A DNA stretch of 64,000 bases from a bacterium (GTDB lineage: Bacteria > Patescibacteriota > Dojkabacteria > JAKAPS01). Both the position numbers and the translations under genes were made by a program. Each line of letters starts with the position of its first letter. Position 1 is the stretch's first letter. The stretch spans positions 1,751 to 65,750 of the forward strand of contig JAKAPS010000002.1 of NCBI GenBank assembly GCA_021806925.1, written 5' to 3'. Of this stretch, positions 57,870-64,000 are shown piece after piece. The notes beneath the pieces are model-generated. The model searched no databases, was not told the DNA's origin, and saw only the letters and a program-made list of their open reading frames with translations.

Positions 57870-58598
57870 TTGTATAAATTGAATAGGAAAAGAATAATTT
57901 CCATTGGAATTGAATTATCTCTTACTAATTTTAATACAAGTTCTTTTAATGTAGCTGAGAAGATAAGGCAACATTTTCTATCATCAAAATTGAGAAATGT
58001 AAAATATGGATTTATTGATAATTCAATAAATTTATTTTTACAAAATAAAAAGCTAAATATTGATGATTTTAAATCAATTTACGGATTTTCAAATAAATAT
58101 ATTGTTATATACAACTCGTTTACAACGTATGTTGAATCAAATCTTTTAATTGATGGAATTGTATACTCAGCTCTTTACTATTTCTTTTCAATGTATTCAA
58201 GTAAAAATTTTGATGAATTAGAGAAATTTATCCTATTATTAACATTAGTAAATATATTTGCATATTACTCTATATATATGAACCTTAACTATATTACTGC
58301 TATAAATGATGTATTAAGTATTCCATACATTAATATTGATAGCAAAATACTCAGATTTCTGGAAAAAGTAGTTCCTGAGAGGTTTGATTTTCCTTTTATA
58401 TGTAGAGCAAATAATATATTTGAATACTTAAGTGAAGGAAATGAAACAATATCTGTAAAGCAAGCAGTTGAGATTAATAAATGTTCAAGAGTAACTGCAT
58501 ATAGGGATTTAAATAGGCTTGTTATGAATTTTAGGCTAATAAAAAGCGGTCAGTACAAATCATCAAAATACTTATTGAATGATAAGAATATAGTCTAG
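57870..58598 (+). CDS. Hypothetical protein with a Fic-like C-terminal winged-HTH
   Basis: Starts 1 nt after the ftsZ stop. C-terminus ISVKQAVEINKCSRVTAYRDLNRLVMNFRLIKSGQYKSSKYLLN resembles the C-terminal wHTH of Fic-family proteins (s..TA.RDL..Lv..g.l...G.gr.t.Y.l). No HxFx(D/E)GNGR Fic motif is present. 242 aa. Confidence 0.4.
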   Translation: MYKLNRKRIISIGIELSLTNFNTSSFNVAEKIRQHFLSSKLRNVKYGFIDNSINLFLQNKKLNIDDFKSIYGFSNKYIVIYNSFTTYVESNLLIDGIVYSALYYFFSMYSSKNFDELEKFILLLTLVNIFAYYSIYMNLNYITAINDVLSIPYINIDSKILRFLEKVVPERFDFPFICRANNIFEYLSEGNETISVKQAVEINKCSRVTAYRDLNRLVMNFRLIKSGQYKSSKYLLNDKNIV

Positions 58599-58604
58599 TT
58601 GCAG

Positions 58605-59453
58605 TTAACTATTAAACAGTTTGTTATAGTCACTCCCATAAACGTTGTTGTAATATTCCCAGAATTTACCTTGTTCTTGAGCACATTCCCCCCCTATTGC
58701 AGCACTTAAGGCGTAAGGGTGAATTGAGGTTAAAGGAAAATCGCTAAATGCAAACTGAATCTTTCCGTTATTTACATAACTGTCCATGATACTCGGAATG
58801 ACTTGTTGATAAAGTTGTTCACAGTAAGGACATTCAAAATCACCATACTCGACAAATGCAACTTTGGAGTTTGAGTTTCCAGTTACTCTACTTGGTAAAG
58901 TTACAGTTAGATCTGTAGTTGACACATACTGATTGGAGTATCCATTAGTTGAACCATATTTCACATAATTATCAATTAAAGGAGTAAATACAGTTAATGG
59001 CACTGCACCTGTTACAATTCTTCCAGTTACAGTATTATTCTTACTGTTTATCATTCCTATCAACACTGTAGGTGTGCCACTGACTCCCAAATTATTTCCT
59101 GCAGTTATTTCAGCTTGAATTTCTGAATTATATGTATTCTTATCATAGCATGTTTTAAATTTACTTTCATTCATTCCGAGTGAACCTGCTAGTGAAACGA
59201 TGTTTGATTCAAATTGACTTAGGTTAACAGTTGAACTTGTCGTACTTGCTCCTGAACTTGAACTATTACTGCCACTTTGTATATTAGTTAATAACTTACC
59301 ATTAAATACTATTGCACCTGCAATCATAAGTCCAGCTGTAAGTATACTAAGAGAAATCACAATCGTACTGTTAAGGTTCTTTATTGTAAATGACCTTGTT
59401 CTCTTTTGTGTTATATCTTCTATTGTATCTTTTTCTTCATTATCAGAATCCAT
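58605..59453 (-). CDS. DsbA/BdbD-like thiol-disulfide oxidoreductase, membrane anchored
   Basis: N-terminal TM; thioredoxin-fold active site VAFVEYGDFECPYCEQLY (CPYC); C-terminal cis-Pro region. 282 aa. Confidence 0.75.
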   Translation of the reverse strand: MDSDNEEKDTIEDITQKRTRSFTIKNLNSTIVISLSILTAGLMIAGAIVFNGKLLTNIQSGSNSSSSGASTTSSTVNLSQFESNIVSLAGSLGMNESKFKTCYDKNTYNSEIQAEITAGNNLGVSGTPTVLIGMINSKNNTVTGRIVTGAVPLTVFTPLIDNYVKYGSTNGYSNQYVSTTDLTVTLPSRVTGNSNSKVAFVEYGDFECPYCEQLYQQVIPSIMDSYVNNGKIQFAFSDFPLTSIHPYALSAAIGGECAQEQGKFWEYYNNVYGSDYNKLFNS

Positions 59454-59520
59454 TGCAATTAAAAGTATATATACTTTCTACAGATATGTCTACCAAAAAA
59501 TATTAATTAGTAGGTTGTTC

Positions 59521-60175
59521 TTAACAAATGATATCAATTTCACTACAAATTTTATTAATTCTTTCTATAATCTCTAATTGATCTCCTTTAGGATGGTATA
59601 CTGATAATAAATCACGCCTTATTATTTGTCCATATAATTGAGTTCCATTTCTGCCCATTGTTAAAAGCCAAGAAAATCCACCATTTTTTAATTCATCAAT
59701 TTTTGCATCTATAAAATTAATAAGACCTTTATTAGGGTATGTTACATTAAATTTATAGGATATATTATACAATATATTTAAACTATATCCTGACTCTACA
59801 ATTTTTTCAATTAATGTTTTTATCTTTTCTTCTGTCAGGTGCTATTCTAACAAATTCATTATTATTACTATCGTCATGATATGCAGAAATAAATAATTTA
59901 CCGAAATTACTATTATATGAATTGCTATAATCTATTGGGTTTTTAGAACTATTCACATTTAGTTGTTGTAGACCCATTGCATTAAAAAATTCTTTTATTC
60001 TTTCATCATATGGTAGAAGAATGGCATAATTAATTCTTGGATGTTTCATTAAAAGTTCAAAAAAGCTATTAGTAATAGTTTGAATTGTATCTTCACCTGT
60101 ATGTTCGGTTGCATCACCTTGTCTACTCATATAGGAAATACTATACTCTTTATTTAAAATATTATAAATACACAT
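59521..60175 (-). pseudogene. Hypothetical gene of about 205 aa, apparently split by a frameshift in an A-rich tract (or sequencing error)
   Basis: ORFs 60175-59807 and 59772-59521 are consecutive on the minus strand. The second frame is already open upstream of its ATG (…HLTEEKIKTLIEKIVESGYSLNILYNISYKF) and overlaps the end of the first (...APDRRKDKNIN*) within agaagaaaagataaaaac. No function recognised. Confidence 0.35.
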
Positions 60176-60277
60176 TTATGTAATATATTAGGAAATAAGA
60201 TATAGAATAAAAATCTATGTTATAAACATATTTTGTGAATTATTTATAACTATGGTATATAATTATTTAGTAATCTT

Positions 60278-61381
60278 ATGGAGAGTTTTATAAATATAAA
60301 AGAATATATACTTACAATGAATCTATCTGAAAGTAATTCATGTGTGATGTCAAAACAAGGTAATGTATATTATGAGAAAAATTTACAATTAGATGATCTA
60401 AAGGAAGATGAGGTTAAAGTAAGACCAATTGCTGTTGGCGTATGTGGTACAGATATAAAAATACTTAATAAGTTGAAACCTTGTGTTGATGGAGCTATAG
60501 GCCATGAAGCAACAGCAATTGTTGTTTCTTCTGGAGATAATGCAAAGGAATTTAAAAGAGGTGATTTTGTAGCTATTAGCCCGCATATACATGAGGAAAT
60601 TAACGGTAAATTATATAATGGTAACATTGGATTCTCTGAGGGAAAAGGTGTTTTAACCATGGAGCAGAACCTGCATAAATCAAGAATTATTAAGATTGAT
60701 GAGAAATTTGAAGAACTAAATTATGCAGTAGGATTAACTCAATCAGATGGGCTTGCTTGTTGTATAAGATCACAAAAGGCTATTGACTTTTCTAATGTTA
60801 AAAATGCAATTATTTTAGGTGCTGGTAGCATGGGAATGTTCCACTCACTTCTGTTAAAGTCAAAAAACATTGAAGTAACAATTGCAGATATAAATCAAAC
60901 TGCATTAGATTTTGCAATGTATCATGATGTTAGTAACAAATATGTATTATCTAATGAATTATATACATTGAATAATATATACGATCTAGTAATTGTCTGT
61001 AATGGTGACCCAGCATCATATAGCCAAGCATTTGATATAGTTAGGAATAACGGTGAAGTAAATATGTACGCTAGTATGTTTAACAAACAGAGAAGTATAA
61101 CTATAGGTAATAGAGAACTTGATATTATGAAATATCATCTTGAGGAGCATTTACCTGAGGTTGTTGAACTTGGAAATAACAAATCAATAAGAGTATCTGG
61201 AGCACTTGGATATGAATCGGATGAATTTTCTGAGGCAATAAATAAGATACTAACAAAGGAAATTGATCCTACTAAATTTATTACAAGTAAATTTAATCTT
61301 TCAAGTTCAGTAATTGACGAGATTTTATCAAGCTATGAAAAGGGAGGAAAGATTATGATTTATCCATACATGATATTCTAA
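60278..61381 (+). CDS. Zinc-dependent medium-chain alcohol dehydrogenase family protein (threonine/sorbitol dehydrogenase-like)
   Basis: VRPIAVGVCGTDIKIL; GHEATAIVVSSGDNAKEFKRGDFVAI (catalytic Zn GHE motif); Rossmann ILGAGSMG. The true start may be the internal ATG at 60317 or 60347. Confidence 0.8.
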   Translation: MESFINIKEYILTMNLSESNSCVMSKQGNVYYEKNLQLDDLKEDEVKVRPIAVGVCGTDIKILNKLKPCVDGAIGHEATAIVVSSGDNAKEFKRGDFVAISPHIHEEINGKLYNGNIGFSEGKGVLTMEQNLHKSRIIKIDEKFEELNYAVGLTQSDGLACCIRSQKAIDFSNVKNAIILGAGSMGMFHSLLLKSKNIEVTIADINQTALDFAMYHDVSNKYVLSNELYTLNNIYDLVIVCNGDPASYSQAFDIVRNNGEVNMYASMFNKQRSITIGNRELDIMKYHLEEHLPEVVELGNNKSIRVSGALGYESDEFSEAINKILTKEIDPTKFITSKFNLSSSVIDEILSSYEKGGKIMIYPYMIF

Positions 61382-61464
61382 ATCTTACAAAGTAAGGTAC
61401 GCATTAGTATGAATCCTATAAATGTGTATATGTAATTATCTATTTGTTTGATTCTCTTTGATAG

Positions 61465-62838
61465 TTATTGTACATCCTTATTTTTTTCTATTAAAGCAAG
61501 TATCTCTTTAGTTTTCACCTCCATTAGTTCTTTATTCATTGATTCAACATTTAATCGTATCAAAGGTTCAGTATTAGATGGTCTTAAATTAAATCTCCAC
61601 TCAGGAAATTCAATAGATATACCATCAACTTCTATAACTTTGCCTCCATGCATATATGCTTTTTTTACAATATCCATTACTTTTATATTATCTTTTACAT
61701 CCGTGTTTAATTCACCCGATACAAAAAATTGAGTTCTGAATTTCGAATACAGCTCTGAAACGGTGCAATGTTTCTCTTCAAGTAAATTTAGTATTATCAT
61801 CAAAGGAATCATACCATTGTCTGCAAAGAAGAAATCTTTAAAATAATAATGCCCACTAGCTTCTCCTGCATAGTCACAATCTTCTTTCCTCATTGTTGCT
61901 TTTATAAAGGAATGTCCAGTTCTATGAAGTATAAGCTTACTATTGAATCTATCAGTTACATCCTTTACAGCTAGATATACCGATTCGTTAGTAATAATTG
62001 GTGATTTCGAATTCTTTTCAAGAAAATATTCAGCAAGTATTGCAGCTGTGTAATTTCCAAGTATGAAATCTCCATTCTCATCGAAGAAAAAGCAACGATC
62101 AGCATCACAATCCCAGGCTACAGCAAAATCTATTTTCCCAGAATTTCTGATAATATCTTGTGACTGTTTAGTTGATTCAGGAGTTAATGGATTAGGATTC
62201 CCTTTAGAAAATGTGCCATCAGGTTCAAAGTTGATTTCTTTTACGTGTATTGGTAATTTACCTATTTCAATTAGTCTACGTAAAGCTAAGCCAGCAACAC
62301 CAAAACTTGCATTAGCAACAATACTATATTCTTTTGTAAGTGGTGTGTTTAAAAAACTTAAAACTTTATTGCAATAATCATCTATAATATCTTTTTTAGT
62401 CACTGTTCCAGTTCTTTCAGCTTTGATTCTAGTGCCAGCAAGTACAAAATCTCTAATATCAAGAATTCCACTATCAGAAGATATAGGTTGTGCGTTTTGT
62501 CTAACCATTTTTACACCATTAAATTCCTTTGGATTATGTGAGGCAGATATTGTAATACCGCCATCATAACCATAATATGCAACAGTAAAATAAAGCATGT
62601 CTGTTGAAATAGTCCCTACATCTATAACATCAACTCCTGAATCAATAAACCCATTTTTTGCTGCTTCCCATAATGATGGTCCAGATTCTCTTACATCGCG
62701 ACCCAAGACAACACTCTTTGGTTTGAACAATGATACATATGCTTGTGCAACTCTATAAACTATATCTTCATCAATTGTTACACCATACACACCTCTTATA
62801 TCATAAGCTCGAAATATTTTAGGATCAACTTTATTCAT
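61465..62838 (-). CDS. Phosphoglucomutase/phosphomannomutase family protein
   Basis: Active-site serine loop ITISASHNPKEFNGVKM; metal-binding AWDCDADRCFF (DxDxDR); sugar-binding GEASGH. 457 aa. Confidence 0.9.
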   Translation of the reverse strand: MNKVDPKIFRAYDIRGVYGVTIDEDIVYRVAQAYVSLFKPKSVVLGRDVRESGPSLWEAAKNGFIDSGVDVIDVGTISTDMLYFTVAYYGYDGGITISASHNPKEFNGVKMVRQNAQPISSDSGILDIRDFVLAGTRIKAERTGTVTKKDIIDDYCNKVLSFLNTPLTKEYSIVANASFGVAGLALRRLIEIGKLPIHVKEINFEPDGTFSKGNPNPLTPESTKQSQDIIRNSGKIDFAVAWDCDADRCFFFDENGDFILGNYTAAILAEYFLEKNSKSPIITNESVYLAVKDVTDRFNSKLILHRTGHSFIKATMRKEDCDYAGEASGHYYFKDFFFADNGMIPLMIILNLLEEKHCTVSELYSKFRTQFFVSGELNTDVKDNIKVMDIVKKAYMHGGKVIEVDGISIEFPEWRFNLRPSNTEPLIRLNVESMNKELMEVKTKEILALIEKNKDVQ

Positions 62839-63083
62839 AATTCTATATATATTATTTCACATAAATAACGTGAATGGAAGTAATTAAAATTACACTCAAA
62901 TATTAAGTATAAGGATAGTGTAATTCAGTATTTATAATTTTAATAAATAAGGTATCTTTTGCTATTTATAATTAATAGTGGCATATAACTAATTTGTACA
63001 TAAAAATGGTGAATAGTTATAAATCCTGCTTATTGACATAAATTGCTAAAGAATATAAACTTTGGACACATAATGTTGTTCTT

Positions 63084-63371
63084 ATGATAACAGATGAATT
63101 ATTAATTAAATTAGAGAGGCTTTCAAAGGTAATACTTTCACAAGGTAGTTATGAAAAATATAAGGTAGATATATCTAATATACTTGAATTAGTTAACAAT
63201 ATAAGTAATTTAGGAAATAGTAATTCACTTTCAAATCAAGATTCAATAAATTTCAATGAATGTAGAAACGATGTTGTAGAAAGCGGGTTAACAGTTGAAG
63301 AAGCATTGCAAAATTCCATATATAGAACAAGTGACGGGTATATAAAGATACCTAAAGTTGTTAGTGATTAA
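63084..63371 (+). CDS. gatC: Asp-tRNA(Asn)/Glu-tRNA(Gln) amidotransferase subunit C
   Basis: 95 aa, MITDELLIKLERLSKV..., immediately upstream of gatA. Size and position are typical of gatC. Confidence 0.6.
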   Translation: MITDELLIKLERLSKVILSQGSYEKYKVDISNILELVNNISNLGNSNSLSNQDSINFNECRNDVVESGLTVEEALQNSIYRTSDGYIKIPKVVSD

Positions 63372-63386
63372 ATAATTTTAATAAAG

Positions 63387-64000
63387 TATGAACAAAAAAC
63401 ACATTGATGAATTAAATATAGCAGAAGAGAATAAGATAGTTAGAGATAATATTAATAACTTAAATGATGAATATAATGTGTATATAACAATATTTGATGA
63501 TGATTTTAATAAAGAAAAAATTCCATATGCACTTAAGGATAATATATCTTTGAAGGGTAAAAGAATGACAGCAGGTTCAAAATACTTGAAGTCATACATA
63601 TCTCCATATAACGCAACTGTTGTAGACAGATTAAATGATAAATATAACGTAGTTGGTAAAACTAATCTTGATAGCTTTGCATTTGGCAGTTCCACTGAAA
63701 ACAGTGGTTATTTCATAACTAAGAACCCATATGACAAATCACGCGTTGCTGGTGGTTCCTCTGGCGGATCAGCAGCTGCAGTTGGATTAAATATGGCTAC
63801 ATTTGCATTAGGCACAGATACTGGAGGTTCAGTTAGGTTACCTGCAAGTTTTTGCGGTGTTGTTGGTTACAAGCCTACATATGGGCTACTTTCAAGGTAT
63901 GGCCTTGCTGCAATGGGCTCATCATTAGATGTTCCTGGAATAATATCAAGAAGCGTTTATGATTGCAGTTACGTTTTAAATTCACTTATATCTAAAGATC
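63387..64000 (+). CDS. gatA: Glutamyl-tRNA(Gln) amidotransferase subunit A (amidase); 5' partial, continues beyond the window
   Basis: The plus frame from ATG 63387 runs [14 protein letters not shown]...[20 protein letters not shown]...[46 protein letters not shown]. This includes the amidase signature [11 protein letters not shown] and the Ser-cisSer-Lys region. There is no stop before the window end. Confidence 0.9.

Noticed and set aside
63378-63695. 105-aa minus-strand ORF from the six-frame track at the window end
   Set aside because: The plus strand from ATG 63387 to the window end encodes an unmistakable GatA amidase ([11 protein letters not shown] signature). The track missed it because there is no in-window stop. 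The minus ORF is antisense noise.
1-64000. CRISPR arrays, rRNA genes, integrases/recombinases, prophage structural genes, restriction-modification or other recognisable defence genes
   Set aside because: Read both strands of all intergenic regions. No regularly spaced direct repeats. No rRNA-like conserved stretches. No tyrosine/serine recombinase, terminase or capsid-like ORFs. The only mobile-element signal is the decayed IS at 2503-3473.
1-64000. Archaeal origin (considered because of extreme AT-richness and I/K/N-rich proteins)
   Set aside because: Presence of murG, SEDS, ftsA, ftsQ-like, uvrABC, mutS/mutL with endonuclease motif, gatCA, an LCP transferase and bacterial sigma-70 type promoters indicates a bacterium.

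Overview
This window is AT-rich (roughly 30% GC) bacterial chromosome. It reads in the standard genetic code: TGA is used as a stop, for example at 1581-1583 and 60860-62. The proteins are rich in N, K, I and S, as expected for a very low-GC, reduced genome. Lineage is uncertain. The T-box leader, the LytR-CpsA-Psr (LCP) transferase, the DsbA-like protein, the SEDS/MurG genes and the WxL/DUF916-like surface cluster suggest a low-GC lineage with a Gram-positive-type envelope, possibly Firmicutes-like or Patescibacteria-like. I cannot verify this without a database search.

The window contains mostly housekeeping genes. These include pyk, glyA, folD, ftsQ-like/ftsA/ftsZ, mutS/mutL, uvrA, uvrB, gatC/gatA, murG, two SEDS genes, manC-like, pgm/pmm, a P-type ATPase and an ABC exporter pair. 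There is a tRNA-Thr/Gly/Asp operon.

The left end, about 0.9-3.5 kb plus 7.06-7.17 kb, is a gene-decay zone. It holds an IS5-family insertion remnant with terminal inverted repeats and a fragmented transposase, an alpha/beta-hydrolase pseudogene and a short-chain dehydrogenase (SDR) gene fragment.

The most system-like stretches not explained by housekeeping are:
- A four-gene secreted/membrane-anchored surface-protein cluster at 34.8-38.7 kb, resembling WxL/DUF916 (Csc-type) loci.
- A translationally coupled operon at 23.2-28.3 kb: processive GT2 synthase, SEDS, SEDS, MurG.
- An SPFH (COG4260-like) plus Tim44-like zinc-ribbon pair at 28.5-30.4 kb.
- A 10-kb co-directional block between uvrB and uvrA at 41.7-49.1 kb: LCP, a membrane-anchored beta-propeller, three hypotheticals and an RND pump.
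- A putative proline-specific T-box riboswitch with a perfect sigma-70 promoter at the left edge.

No CRISPR array, rRNA or obvious prophage was seen. All calls are from reading the sequence and the ORF track by eye. No searches were run.
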